From the NCBI GenBank assembly GCA_963848295.1, contig CAWKDB010000010.1, forward strand, positions 3,072,001 to 3,136,000: 64,000 bases of DNA, in the 5' to 3' direction. This stretch comes from an uncultured delta proteobacterium (GTDB lineage: Bacteria > Myxococcota_A > Polyangia > Haliangiales > Haliangiaceae). Under the pieces are notes generated by a model. That model saw only the letters and a program-made list of their open reading frames with translations. It had not been told where the DNA came from and searched no databases. This document shows positions 32,609 to 43,744 of the stretch, one piece after another (position 1 is the first letter of the stretch; every line of letters starts with the position of its first letter). A program made the position numbers and the translations under genes.

Positions 32609-33825
32609 TATGGGTGAGCAGTCGCCCCGGGACTCGCATAGGCCGATTCGCCATGCAGCGAGCCATCGAGCCCGTCGTGCTCGGTCTCCGCATCGACGCG
32701 CAGGCCGATCGTCAAATCGATCGCCTTCAGCAGCGCGAACGTGACCATCGCAGCCCAAGCGCCGGCGGCTCCGACCGCGATCGCCTGCTTGCCGAGCAGC
32801 GACAACCCTCCGCCGTGACCATCGTTGAGCGTCGCCCGCGCGAACACGCCGGTAAGCAGCGCACCGGTCGCGCCGCCGACACCGTGCACGCCGAACGCGT
32901 CGAGCGCGTCGTCGTAGCCGAGCCTGGTCTTCGCGACGACGGCCCCGTAACAGATCGCGCCGGCCGCGACGCCGATCACGAGCGCGACGACCGGCGAGAC
33001 GAAGCCCGCCGCCGGCGTGATCGCGACCAGCCCCGCGACTAAGCCCGACGCGACCCCGAGCATCGTCGCTTTGCGGATCCGTGCGCCTTCGACGAGCGTC
33101 CACGTCAGCGCGCCAGCGGCCGCCGCGAGGTGCGTGTTGATCAACGCTAGCGCGGCGCTGCTGTTCGCGCCGGTCGCCGAACCGGCGTTGAACCCGAACC
33201 AGCCAAACCACAATAAGCCGGCGCCGAGCACCGTCATCGTCAGGTCGTGCGGCGGATGGCGCGTCGCCGGATAACCTCGGCGCTTGCCGATCACGAGCGC
33301 GCATACGAGCGCGGACACGCCCGACGAGAGATGCACGACCGTACCGCCTGCGAAGTCGATCGCCCCGAGCCGGGCGAGCCAGCCGCCGTCGCCCCAAGTC
33401 CAATGCGCGATCGGATCGTAGACCAGCGTCGTCCACGCGAGCGTGAACACGACGAACGCCGAGAACTTGATCCGCTCCGCGAATGCGCCCGAGATCAGCG
33501 CCGGCGTGATGACCGCGAACATGCATTGGTACGCGACGAACGCGAGGTGCGGCACCGTGCCGTGTACCGACTCCGGTCCGATGCCGTCGAGCGCCGCGAA
33601 GTCCAGGCCGCCGATCACGCCGTGCCAGCTCGGGCCAAACGCGAGCGTGTAGCCGATCAGCACGAACTGCACGCTGACCAGGCCCAGCGCGAAGAAGCTG
33701 TGCATGAACGTCGACAGCACGTTCTTGCCTTGGACCATGCCGCCGTAGAACAGCGCGAGCCCGGGCGTCATCAGCATCACGAGCGCGGTGGAGATGAGCA
33801 GCCAGGCGGTGTCGCCGGAGTTCAT
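32608..33825 (-). CDS. amtB: Ammonium transporter
   Basis: MTPGLALFYGG, AERIKF, DFAGGTVVH, LWFGWFGFNAGS, DDALDAFGVHG. Confidence 0.97.
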   Translation of the reverse strand: MNSGDTAWLLISTALVMLMTPGLALFYGGMVQGKNVLSTFMHSFFALGLVSVQFVLIGYTLAFGPSWHGVIGGLDFAALDGIGPESVHGTVPHLAFVAYQCMFAVITPALISGAFAERIKFSAFVVFTLAWTTLVYDPIAHWTWGDGGWLARLGAIDFAGGTVVHLSSGVSALVCALVIGKRRGYPATRHPPHDLTMTVLGAGLLWFGWFGFNAGSATGANSSAALALINTHLAAAAGALTWTLVEGARIRKATMLGVASGLVAGLVAITPAAGFVSPVVALVIGVAAGAICYGAVVAKTRLGYDDALDAFGVHGVGGATGALLTGVFARATLNDGHGGGLSLLGKQAIAVGAAGAWAAMVTFALLKAIDLTIGLRVDAETEHDGLDGSLHGESAYASPGATAHP

Positions 33826-33897
33826 CTAGCGACTGTGCTGTGCACCGTGTTTCCGGCGCGTAACCGGCGGGAAAAACCTATCGAGGGCGCACTGGGC

Positions 33898-33999
33898 AAA
33901 GTGACAAAAGAGACAGCGTCACCATGACTTTATGTGTGATTGCAATCGCTTGCGCGATCGGGCTTGTCGCGCAAGGTGACAAAAGAGACAGCGTCCCTA
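33898..33999 (-). repeat. Repeat-spacer-repeat unit 4 (subtype B)
   Basis: Identical GTGACAAAAGAGACAGCGTC at 33901-33920 and 33976-33995; reverse complement matches unit 2. Confidence 0.9.
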
Positions 34000-34629
34000 T
34001 TTCGTGCCGAACAGGCGGTCGCCGGCGTCGCCGAGGCCCGGGACGATGTAGCTCTTGGCGTTGAGGCGCTCGTCGACCGAGGCGGTGTAGATCGGGACGT
34101 CGGGGTGCGCCGCGTGGAAGACTTTGATGCCCTCGGGGCAGGTCAACAGGCACACGAACTTGATCGAGCGCGGGCCGCTTTGCTTCAGCCGCGTGATCGC
34201 GGCGACTGCCGAGTTCCCGGTCGCGAGCATCGGGTCGACGACGATCGCATCGCGGTCGCCCATGTTGTCGGGGACTTTGTAGAAGTACTCGACCGCCTCG
34301 AGCGTCTTCGGATCGCGGTAGAGGCCGATGTGGCCGACGCGTGCCGACGGCAAGATCTCGAGCATGCCGTCGAGGATGCCGTTGCCCGCGCGCAAGATCG
34401 AGATCAGCGCGATCTTCTTGCCGTCGAGCGCGGTGCCCATCATCGGCGCGATCGGGGTCTCGATCGCGATCTTCGTCGTCGGAAAATCGCGACACACCTC
34501 GTAGCCGAGCAGCATGCTGATCTCTTTGAGCAGCGCGCGGAACTTGCTGGTGCTGGTCTCTTTCGAGCGCATCAGCGTGAGCTTGTGTTGAACGAGCGGG
34601 TGATCGATGACGTGGACAGAGCCGGCCAT
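33997..34629 (-). CDS. upp: Uracil phosphoribosyltransferase
   Basis: [40 protein letters not shown]. Confidence 0.98.
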   Translation of the reverse strand: MAGSVHVIDHPLVQHKLTLMRSKETSTSKFRALLKEISMLLGYEVCRDFPTTKIAIETPIAPMMGTALDGKKIALISILRAGNGILDGMLEILPSARVGHIGLYRDPKTLEAVEYFYKVPDNMGDRDAIVVDPMLATGNSAVAAITRLKQSGPRSIKFVCLLTCPEGIKVFHAAHPDVPIYTASVDERLNAKSYIVPGLGDAGDRLFGTK

Positions 34630-34644
34630 GGCGGCCGGACCCTA

Positions 34645-34833
34645 TCACTTCACTACGTGAACCGAAGGGGTCGCGGCGTGGCACGCGGTCGCTAGGGTGC
34701 TCATCGTTAGCACCGCGGCGATCGCGATGCAGCCGGCGAACACGAAGTCGCGAACGCGGCTCGAGCGCTGGCGGTTGGCGATGGTGGTGAGGCGATTAAT
34801 CGTGAGCTCCTTGAAAGTGCGGGGCGTCCGCAC
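34645..34833 (-). CDS. Small hypothetical protein with one TM helix
   Basis: Basic N-terminus, hydrophobic FVFAGCIAIAAVLTM; fills the gap; candidate sigma54 promoter upstream. Confidence 0.5.
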   Translation of the reverse strand: MRTPRTFKELTINRLTTIANRQRSSRVRDFVFAGCIAIAAVLTMSTLATACHAATPSVHVVK

Positions 34834-34847
34834 GCGAGCGACGTATT

Positions 34848-34864
34848 AGCGAGACGCAGGCCAG
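34848..34864 (-). promoter_or_regulatory. Candidate sigma54 (-24/-12) promoter
   Basis: Minus strand CTGGCCTGCGTCTCGCT fits GG-N10-GC, ending 14 nt before the 34833 start. Confidence 0.35.
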
Positions 34865-34969
34865 CCTTTAGCCACGGACTTTCGGGTACTTGAACACCGA
34901 AATGCGGTCGCACCCACTGTCTCAGCCCAGACGCTGTCGCACCCCAGCCGCCGCCGCTATGCTCGGCGA

Positions 34970-37042
34970 GTGCGCGCGCTGGTGATCCTCGCGATCGCGT
35001 CGTGCAGCGTGCCCGACGGCGACTACTTCGGGCGAATCCCGGACCGGCTCGAGCCGCGCCACCTGCGCTGGTGCAATCAGGGCGAGCCCGATCATCTCGA
35101 TCCCGCGCTCGCGTCGAGCACCGCCTCGTCGCCGGTGGTGAGCCCGCTGTTCGCCGGCCTGACCGAGTACGGCATGGATGGCGCGCCGGTGCCGAGCCTC
35201 GCGACCTCGTGGGACGTGTCACCGGATCAGCGCACGTTCACGTTTCACCTCCGGCGCGATGCGCTGTGGTCGAACGGTCGCGCCGTCACCGCGTATGACC
35301 TCGCGTTCACCGCGCTGCGCATCGCGCATCCGCTGACCGCGTCGCCGAACCTGATCGACCTCGGGTCGGTGCGCAACGCGAACGCGTACTTCGCCAAGCG
35401 CGTGTTCGTGCTCGCGGTCGATGCCGCGCCCTATCGCGCCGGCGACCTCGTCGAGCCGATCGGCGAGCCCCCGAGTGACATCGATCAGCGCACTGCACCC
35501 GGCGAGCTCGCGCTGCGCGATCTCGGCGCGCCGGCCGCGGAGAGCTACGCGCGCGTGCCCGCGGGCACGGTCGTCACGCTCGTGTGGACCAGCGGCGGCC
35601 ACGCGACCTTGCCTTCACCCGACGGCGAGAGCTGGGCCTACGTGTTCTGGCCGCGCGACGAGTCCGGCGTCTACGGCTGGGTGCCGGCGAGCGAGCTCGG
35701 TGACGGCCCGGCGAAGCCGATCGCGGTGCGCGGCTTCGGCGATGCCAACGGCAAGCGAGTGATCGTGCCCGAGCGCGCGCTCGTCTATACGCCGGCTGTC
35801 CTCGGCGTTCGCGTGATCGATGCCGCGACGATCGCCTTCGAGACCGATGGCCCATCGCCGTCATTCGTCGCGCTGACCGACGGCCGTGCATTTCGCGCGA
35901 CGCCGATCGAGCAGGTGTCGCGCTGGCCGCTGCGCTGGACGCGCCCCGAGCACATCGTGACGTCTGGGCCGATGCGGCTCGTCGAGTGGGCCGAGCGAGA
36001 CAAGCTCGAGCTCGTCCGTTCGGCGAGCTACTGGAACCCGTCGGAGGTCAAGCTCGACCGGCTCACGATCCTGTCGATCGACGATCAGGCCGCCGCGACG
36101 AACCTGTACTACACCGCCGAATGCGACGCGACCGCCGCTAACGACATCCCATCGACGTACCTGCCCGCGATCGACGGCGAGCGCGGCACGCGGTTCAAAG
36201 ACTTCGTGGTCGCGCCGTATCTCGGCGTCTACTTCGTGTGGGTCAACACCGAGAAGCTCACGAATCGCCATCTGCGCCGTGCGTTGTCACTCGCGATCGA
36301 CCGCACGCAGATCCCACGGTTCACGCACGGCGGCGAGATCCCGAGCGCGCGGTTGACGCCGGGCACGCCGATCGCTCAGCTCTCGCCCGCGGACCTCGCG
36401 CTGTGCGGAGTCAGCCATGACACGCCCGGCGTCGCGATGATCATGGAGACCGGCGCGCTGTGTTACGTGCCGCCGCCCGGGCTCGACTATGATCTCACGC
36501 GTGCGCGCCAAGAGATCGCCGCCGCGCGCGCCGAGCTCGGCACGATCGGGACGCTGCACTATCGCTATAACTCGGGCAGCGAAGGTCACAAGCAGATCGC
36601 GGAATATCTGCAAGCGCAGTGGGCGAAGCTCGGGCTCGACGTCACGGTCGACGCGCAGGAGTTCAACTCGATGCTCGCCGATAGCAAGGCCGGCAAGTTC
36701 GAGCTCCTGCGGCTCGGCCAGATCGGCAACGCGCAGGATCCAGAGAGCGAGTTCCTCGACCTGTTCCGGTGCGGCGCGTCCGACAATCGCGGGCGCTATT
36801 GCAGCCCAGCGTTCGAGAAGTTGATGCAAGAGGCGAGCACGATGGCGGATCGCACGGCGCGCAACGCGAAGCTGCGCGAAGCGGAGAGCGTGATGCTCGA
36901 GGATGCGCCGGTGATCCCGCTCTATGCATACACCCAGAAGCTGCTGATCAAACCGTACGTGCGCGATCTCGCGGTCAACGTGCTCGCAGAGCCGCCGCTG
37001 TGGCGCGCGTGGATCGATCCCGACTGGCGGACCGCGAAATGA
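34970..37042 (+). CDS. oppA: Oligopeptide ABC transporter substrate-binding lipoprotein with an inserted domain
   Basis: EPDHLDPA, LATSWDVSPD..TFTFHLR..A.WSNG..VTA.D, SGP..L.EW, LRRALSLAIDR, D.PVIPLY. Confidence 0.9.
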   Translation: MRALVILAIASCSVPDGDYFGRIPDRLEPRHLRWCNQGEPDHLDPALASSTASSPVVSPLFAGLTEYGMDGAPVPSLATSWDVSPDQRTFTFHLRRDALWSNGRAVTAYDLAFTALRIAHPLTASPNLIDLGSVRNANAYFAKRVFVLAVDAAPYRAGDLVEPIGEPPSDIDQRTAPGELALRDLGAPAAESYARVPAGTVVTLVWTSGGHATLPSPDGESWAYVFWPRDESGVYGWVPASELGDGPAKPIAVRGFGDANGKRVIVPERALVYTPAVLGVRVIDAATIAFETDGPSPSFVALTDGRAFRATPIEQVSRWPLRWTRPEHIVTSGPMRLVEWAERDKLELVRSASYWNPSEVKLDRLTILSIDDQAAATNLYYTAECDATAANDIPSTYLPAIDGERGTRFKDFVVAPYLGVYFVWVNTEKLTNRHLRRALSLAIDRTQIPRFTHGGEIPSARLTPGTPIAQLSPADLALCGVSHDTPGVAMIMETGALCYVPPPGLDYDLTRARQEIAAARAELGTIGTLHYRYNSGSEGHKQIAEYLQAQWAKLGLDVTVDAQEFNSMLADSKAGKFELLRLGQIGNAQDPESEFLDLFRCGASDNRGRYCSPAFEKLMQEASTMADRTARNAKLREAESVMLEDAPVIPLYAYTQKLLIKPYVRDLAVNVLAEPPLWRAWIDPDWRTAK

Positions 37043-37959
37043 TGCGGTTCGTCGCAGGTCGGATCGTCGCCAGCGTCGCGATCGTGCTCGTCGTCGCGAC
37101 CGCGAGCTTCTTGTTGTTGCACGCCGCGCCCGGTGGGCCGTTCGACACCGACCAGCGCCGATCGGCCGAGGTCCAACGCGCGATGGAGCAGCGCTACGGC
37201 CTGCGCGATCCATTGTGGCAGCAGTACGTGCGCGAGATGACGGCGCTCGCCCACGGTGATCTCGGCTGGTCGACGAAGCACGACGAGCCGGTCAGCACGT
37301 TGATCGCCGAGCACGGGCCGGTCAGCGCCGCGATCGGCTTGCTCGGACTGATCGGAGCGGTAGGGATCGGGTTGGCGATCGGCGTGTTCGCTGCGTGGCG
37401 GCGCAGCACGTGGGTCGACTACGCGTTGATGTCGGTCGCGCTCGTCGGGATCTCGATCCCGTCGTTCGTGATCGGGCCGCTGTTGATCGCCGCGCTCGCG
37501 ATCCATCTCGGCTGGTTGCCACCGGCGCGGATCGACGGCGCCGCGTCGTACATCTTGCCGGCGCTGACCTTGGGCCTCGTCTACCTCGGTACGATCGCGC
37601 GGCTCGCTCGCGGCAGCATGCTCGACGTGCTCGGCCAAGACTTCGTGCGCACCGCGCGCGCGAAGGGCCTGAGCGAACGCCGCGTCGTGTGGAAGCACGC
37701 GCTGCGCGTCGGCTGCGTGCCGGTCGTGACCTATCTCGGGCCGGCGACCGCGGCGATGATCTCGGGCTCGTTCGCGGTCGAGAAGATCTTTCAGATCCCG
37801 GGGCTCGGCACGTACTTCATCGACAGCATCACCGATCGCGACTACGCGGTCGTGACCGGGGTGTTCGTGTTCTACGCCGCGTTCCTCGTGCTGTTGAACC
37901 TCGTCGTCGACATCGCGTACGGCGTGATCGACCCGCGGATCCGCAGGGAGGCCGCGTGA
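37039..37959 (+). CDS. oppB: Oligopeptide ABC permease
   Basis: APGGPF, GDLG.S, DFVRTARAKGLS..RV..KHALR, VEKIFQIPGLG; ATGA overlap with oppA. Confidence 0.93.
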   Translation: MMRFVAGRIVASVAIVLVVATASFLLLHAAPGGPFDTDQRRSAEVQRAMEQRYGLRDPLWQQYVREMTALAHGDLGWSTKHDEPVSTLIAEHGPVSAAIGLLGLIGAVGIGLAIGVFAAWRRSTWVDYALMSVALVGISIPSFVIGPLLIAALAIHLGWLPPARIDGAASYILPALTLGLVYLGTIARLARGSMLDVLGQDFVRTARAKGLSERRVVWKHALRVGCVPVVTYLGPATAAMISGSFAVEKIFQIPGLGTYFIDSITDRDYAVVTGVFVFYAAFLVLLNLVVDIAYGVIDPRIRREAA

Positions 37960-38804
37960 TGCGCGACGCGTGGCGGCGGCTGCGCGGTCATCGCGTCGCG
38001 GCGGTCTGCGTGATCGCGTTCGCCGCGATCGTGATCGCGTGCGCGATCGGACCTGTCGTCGCCGGTGCCCTCGGGGTCGACGGCACCACGATCGATACGC
38101 GGCTCGGGGCGAGCCCGCCGTCGTGGTCGCATTGGTTCGGCACCGACACGCTCGGCCGCGACATGCTCGTCCGCGTGCTGATCGGCGGGCGGCTCGCGCT
38201 CGTCGTCGCGCTCGTCACGACGTCGATCGCGCTCGTGATCGGCGTGAGCTACGGCGCGATCGCCGGTTTCGCGGGCGGCACGGTCGACAACGTGATGATG
38301 CGGTTCGTCGACGTGCTCTACGGCTTTCCGACGATCGTGTTCATCATCGTCGTGATGGCGGTGACCGACAGCCGCTCGTTGCTGCTGTTGTTCGCGCTGA
38401 TCGGTGGCATCTCGTGGCTGACGATGGCGCGCATCGTGCGCGGCCAAGTGCTGGGCTTGCGCACGCGCGAGTTCGTCGAAGCCGCGCGCGCGCTAGGTGC
38501 GCCGCCGAGTCGCGTGTTGTTTCGCCACGTGCTGCCGAACACGACCGGGCCGGTGATCGTCTATGCCACGCTCGCGCTACCGCAGGTCATGTTGACCGAA
38601 GCGTTCCTGAGCTTCCTCGGGCTCGGCGTGCAAGCGCCGCTCGCGTCGTGGGGCACGCTCGTCACCGAGGGCAGCTCGCAGATCGTCGTGTATCCCTGGC
38701 TGCTCGTGTTCCCGGCGCTCGCGATGGGCGTCACCGTGGTCGCGCTGAACTTCATCGGCGACGGCCTGCGCGACGCGCTCGACCCGCAGACGCGGCTTCG
38801 CTGA
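37959..38804 (+). CDS. oppC: Oligopeptide ABC permease
   Basis: HWFGTDTLGRD, EFVEAARALGA, RHVLPN, EAFLSFLGLG, GDGLRDALDP. Confidence 0.93.
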   Translation: MRDAWRRLRGHRVAAVCVIAFAAIVIACAIGPVVAGALGVDGTTIDTRLGASPPSWSHWFGTDTLGRDMLVRVLIGGRLALVVALVTTSIALVIGVSYGAIAGFAGGTVDNVMMRFVDVLYGFPTIVFIIVVMAVTDSRSLLLLFALIGGISWLTMARIVRGQVLGLRTREFVEAARALGAPPSRVLFRHVLPNTTGPVIVYATLALPQVMLTEAFLSFLGLGVQAPLASWGTLVTEGSSQIVVYPWLLVFPALAMGVTVVALNFIGDGLRDALDPQTRLR

Positions 38805-38822
38805 ATGCTACGCTGGAGGAGC

Positions 38823-39668
38823 ATGATCGCTCGCGTTGGCTTGGTCGTCGTGGTCACCGCTGCGAGTGCGCACGCCGGTCCGGTGGCCAAGTTGTCGTCG
38901 GTCGCGATGGCCGGTCCGTTCAAGACGATCGGCGACGCTTGCTCCCACGCTACGCCATGCGGCGGCACCGAGATCGATCCGAAGGATCCGTTCAACGTCG
39001 TCAAGCCCCCGAGCCGTGCCACGTGCGACCTCGACCACGACCTCAACGCGCTCGACAGCGACGGCAACCCCGCGAAGCTCGATCACGCGGTCGGCGATCT
39101 CCACATCCAGATCGCGAGCCAGACGTGCGGCATGCCTTCAGGCCTGCGCTGGCAACACGACGTGTACTACGCGTTCGTCAAGCGCGGCGACGGCTGGTGG
39201 CGCAGCGCGCCGCTGTGGCAGTGGAACTATAACGACAAGTACGAGAACGGCACGATGGTGATCAAGTGGAACGATCAACCGGGGCGCACGTTCGCCGGCA
39301 TCGCGGCCGGCTTGTGGTCGCTCGCGTGCGAGAAGAACGGCCACGAGATCGACACGATCGAGATGATGCTGCGGATCGAGCCCGGGTCGACCACGCCGAT
39401 CGTGTACGCGCCGCTCGTCGTCGGGGAGAGGTTCTCGCGCGAGGCTGGCGCCGATGCTTCGCCCGCCGAATGCAAACCGATGAAGCAGCGCTTCGAGCTG
39501 ACCGAGGCGTGGTCGTCCGCCGATGACCTCGAGCTCGCCGGGTCTGCGACCTGGTTCGCGTTGCGACCGATCGCTGGGACCGCAGCGCCATCCGGCTTGC
39601 TCGACATCATCCTCGATCCGAACACTCGTGTGCCGTCGTCGGCCGGTCGTTATCGGTTCACCCGATAG
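38823..39668 (+). CDS. Secreted hypothetical protein
   Basis: GGAGG RBS; signal peptide ending ASAHA; several Cys. Confidence 0.7.
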   Translation: MIARVGLVVVVTAASAHAGPVAKLSSVAMAGPFKTIGDACSHATPCGGTEIDPKDPFNVVKPPSRATCDLDHDLNALDSDGNPAKLDHAVGDLHIQIASQTCGMPSGLRWQHDVYYAFVKRGDGWWRSAPLWQWNYNDKYENGTMVIKWNDQPGRTFAGIAAGLWSLACEKNGHEIDTIEMMLRIEPGSTTPIVYAPLVVGERFSREAGADASPAECKPMKQRFELTEAWSSADDLELAGSATWFALRPIAGTAAPSGLLDIILDPNTRVPSSAGRYRFTR

Positions 39669-39671
39669 CGA

Positions 39672-39932
39672 CTACTGACACGCGACGACGTTGGCGCACG
39701 CCGCTTGCTTCATCACGCACTCGGCATGGCGCTCGACTTGCGCGAGGTTCGCCTGGTCTTGCTCCAGCATCGAGCACGACGCGACGCACTCTTTCTCGTC
39801 GAAAGGCACCGAGCTGTTGGTCGCGCTCAGACACTCCGCCTCGCGCGCGCACACGGTCTTGCAGCGCGCGCTCCGCGGTTGAGTGCACGCGGCGACCGTA
39901 ATGGCGAGCGCGACGGCGAGCAGCAGCTTCAC
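39672..39932 (-). CDS. Small Cys-rich lipoprotein
   Basis: VAAC lipobox; eight further Cys including two CxxxC. Confidence 0.75.
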   Translation of the reverse strand: MKLLLAVALAITVAACTQPRSARCKTVCAREAECLSATNSSVPFDEKECVASCSMLEQDQANLAQVERHAECVMKQAACANVVACQ

Positions 39933-39945
39933 GCCCGCAGTATAC

Positions 39946-40224
39946 TCAGAGATCTTCGGCGGTCCGGATGATCTCGACGATGAACTCGCGCCGGATCCGG
40001 ATCAGGCTCCCCATGTCCGCGAACTTGCGAAACGTCAACGGCGTTTCGGTCGTGACCGGGCGGTCGGCGGTGATGTCCTCGCCGGTGATGTCGAGCGCGC
40101 ACGGCCTGTGCGCCCTCGTCGCCTTCGCGCAATCGTCGGTGTGCATCGCTTCGGCTGACGTCGGCGGATCGGCCGCGGCGAGGGCGGGTGCGAGGATCAG
40201 TGCGAGCGCGATGAGCTTGGCCAT
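39946..40224 (-). CDS. Small secreted hypothetical protein
   Basis: MAKLIALALILAPALAAA signal; C-terminal SLIRIRREF..EI...AEDL. Confidence 0.65.
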   Translation of the reverse strand: MAKLIALALILAPALAAADPPTSAEAMHTDDCAKATRAHRPCALDITGEDITADRPVTTETPLTFRKFADMGSLIRIRREFIVEIIRTAEDL

Positions 40225-40270
40225 GCGACGTGGACACCGCCGGCAGCCCCCGGTTGCGCGGCTACCGCGG

Positions 40271-40705
40271 TCAGTCTTCGCGCCGCTCCGCGATCCTGCG
40301 CTGGGTCTCGCGCCACCGTGCGAAGTGGCGCTCGATGATCTCGCGATCGGCGCGGGCGCGCGCGAGGGCACCGCGAGCGGTATCCGCGACGCCGGTGCGG
40401 TCGGCGAGCACGGCCTCGGCGCGATCGAGCTCACCCGCAATCGCAGCTAGCTCGCCGCGCAGCCGGGAGCGATAACGCTCCGCGATCGCGAGCTCGCGGG
40501 CCGCGACCTGCGCCCGGCCGGAGGGCAGTGCGGTTCGACCGAGCGCGGTCCGCACCACAGCGGCCCTGGCTTGGATCACCGCGACCTGCCCCGCCGCATC
40601 GCGCGTACCATCGACCGCCGATGCGAGCTCGCCTCGCTTGACACGCTCGCTGCGTTCGCGGGTATCGCGAACCGGAGCGAGCCGATAGCGGTCTTCGCCG
40701 GCCAC
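40271..40705 (-). CDS. FliJ/SctO(YscO)-like coiled-coil protein
   Basis: 144 aa, N-terminal YRL..V...RE, all-helical, C-terminal RE.IE.H..RW...E..ED. Confidence 0.5.
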   Translation of the reverse strand: MAGEDRYRLAPVRDTRERSERVKRGELASAVDGTRDAAGQVAVIQARAAVVRTALGRTALPSGRAQVAARELAIAERYRSRLRGELAAIAGELDRAEAVLADRTGVADTARGALARARADREIIERHFARWRETQRRIAERRED

Positions 40706-40729
40706 GTTGGAATGTTACACTGCCCCCGG

Positions 40730-42292
40730 ATGCCCAGCGCCGGGGAAGCGCCGATCGATCGCTACGTCGTGCTCGAGCACCTGTCCGAGGGCGGCATGGG
40801 CGCGATCTATGTCGGCAAGAAGATGGGCGCCGGCGGCTTCGAGATGGAAGTCGTGTTGAAGCAGCTGCTGCCGGAGTTCACGCAGCAGGAAGAGTTCATC
40901 GACCTGTTCCTGCGCGAAGCGAAGCTGTCCGCGACGCTCGATCACGCGAACATCATCCATACGATCGATCTCGTCACCGCGGGCAGCGAGTACTTCATCG
41001 TGATGGAGTACCTGCCGGGCGGCGACCTGCGCACGCTGCTCAAGAAGGCGAAGCGCCGCGGCAAGCGATTCTCGCCCCAGGCCGCGATCTACATCTCGCG
41101 CGAGCTGCTGTCGGCGCTCGCGTACGCACACGCGAAGCGCGACTTCGACGGCAAGCCCTTGCGGCTCATCCATCGCGACGTGTCGCCGTCGAACGTGTTG
41201 CTGTCGAATGCCGGCGAGGTCAAGCTCACCGACTTCGGCATCGCGAAGGCGTCGACCCACACGTCGCTGTTCTACAAGGTCAAAGGCAAGATCGGCTACA
41301 TGTCGCCGGAGCAGGCGAAGAGCGAGCCGCTCGATCACCGCAGCGATCTCTACTCGCTCGCCGTGTGCATGTACGAGATCCTGACCGGTGAGCGGCTGTT
41401 CGTGCATGTCGGCCTCACGACCTCTGCCGACGAGATCTATTCGCAGCCGGTGCCGCTGGTGTCGCGCAAGGTGCCGGGGCTGACCACCGATCTCGACGCG
41501 GTGATGCAGAAGGCGCTCGCGCTGTCACCCGATGCGCGCTATCAGACCGCCGGCGAGTTTCAGGAAGCGCTGATGCGCGTCGCTCATCGCAACGGCTTGC
41601 TCGTGGCGGCGCGCGAGCTCGCTGACGAGCTGCGCGAAGCGTGTGGTCCGAGCGATCAATGGCGCGGCGAAGAAGACGACGAGCTCGACTCCGAGGTCAT
41701 CCCGCGCGCCGGAACCGAGGTCTACGATCCGAACGAAGACGACGACGTCCAAGAGATCAGCATGCTCGAGATCGCGCCGTCGGGCCCGCTATCGATCCAT
41801 AGCCTCGCGGCACGCGCGAGCGCATCGGGTCCGAAGCAGCGACCGAAGACCGAGATCGGTCGGTTCGCCGGCAAAGAGCTAACGTCGATCATCAACATGA
41901 TCGATGGCGAGCACGAAGGCGCGAAGCCGCTCGTCGATCTCGACTCCGGCGTCGCGATGATCGCGAGCAATCCGAGCACGCCGATCTCGATCGCCGCGAC
42001 CGCGACGGGTACGCGCATGCCCGAGACCGACCCCGGGCTCGACCTCGCGACGCCGAGCGATCCGGTCGCGAAGGTCGAGCATCGTCCGGATACGCCGGCG
42101 CCGCTCGAAGGCGATGACCGCGTGCAAGCCAAGCGGCGCCGGAGCACGGGCGCGCGCGCGCCGTCGCTCACCGACAAAGCGCGGCCATCGCGACCTTTTC
42201 CGTGGATGCTGATCGCGATCTTGGTGCTCGCCGGGCTCGTGGTCGCGGTCGTCGTGGCGGTGTCCGGGCCGGGCGTTCCCGCGGTGAAGTAG
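40730..42292 (+). CDS. Membrane Ser/Thr kinase
   Basis: LSEGGMGAI, HRDVSPSN, DFG, GKIGYMSPE; C-terminal TM. Confidence 0.93.
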   Translation: MPSAGEAPIDRYVVLEHLSEGGMGAIYVGKKMGAGGFEMEVVLKQLLPEFTQQEEFIDLFLREAKLSATLDHANIIHTIDLVTAGSEYFIVMEYLPGGDLRTLLKKAKRRGKRFSPQAAIYISRELLSALAYAHAKRDFDGKPLRLIHRDVSPSNVLLSNAGEVKLTDFGIAKASTHTSLFYKVKGKIGYMSPEQAKSEPLDHRSDLYSLAVCMYEILTGERLFVHVGLTTSADEIYSQPVPLVSRKVPGLTTDLDAVMQKALALSPDARYQTAGEFQEALMRVAHRNGLLVAARELADELREACGPSDQWRGEEDDELDSEVIPRAGTEVYDPNEDDDVQEISMLEIAPSGPLSIHSLAARASASGPKQRPKTEIGRFAGKELTSIINMIDGEHEGAKPLVDLDSGVAMIASNPSTPISIAATATGTRMPETDPGLDLATPSDPVAKVEHRPDTPAPLEGDDRVQAKRRRSTGARAPSLTDKARPSRPFPWMLIAILVLAGLVVAVVVAVSGPGVPAVK

Positions 42293-42375
42293 GTCAGCGG
42301 AATCTCGGGCGAAACGCCCAACCTAGCCGGTGGACAGCGCGACGGACCCTCCGCTACCATCTCCAAGCCGGGGAG

Positions 42376-43744
<1,369 letters not shown>

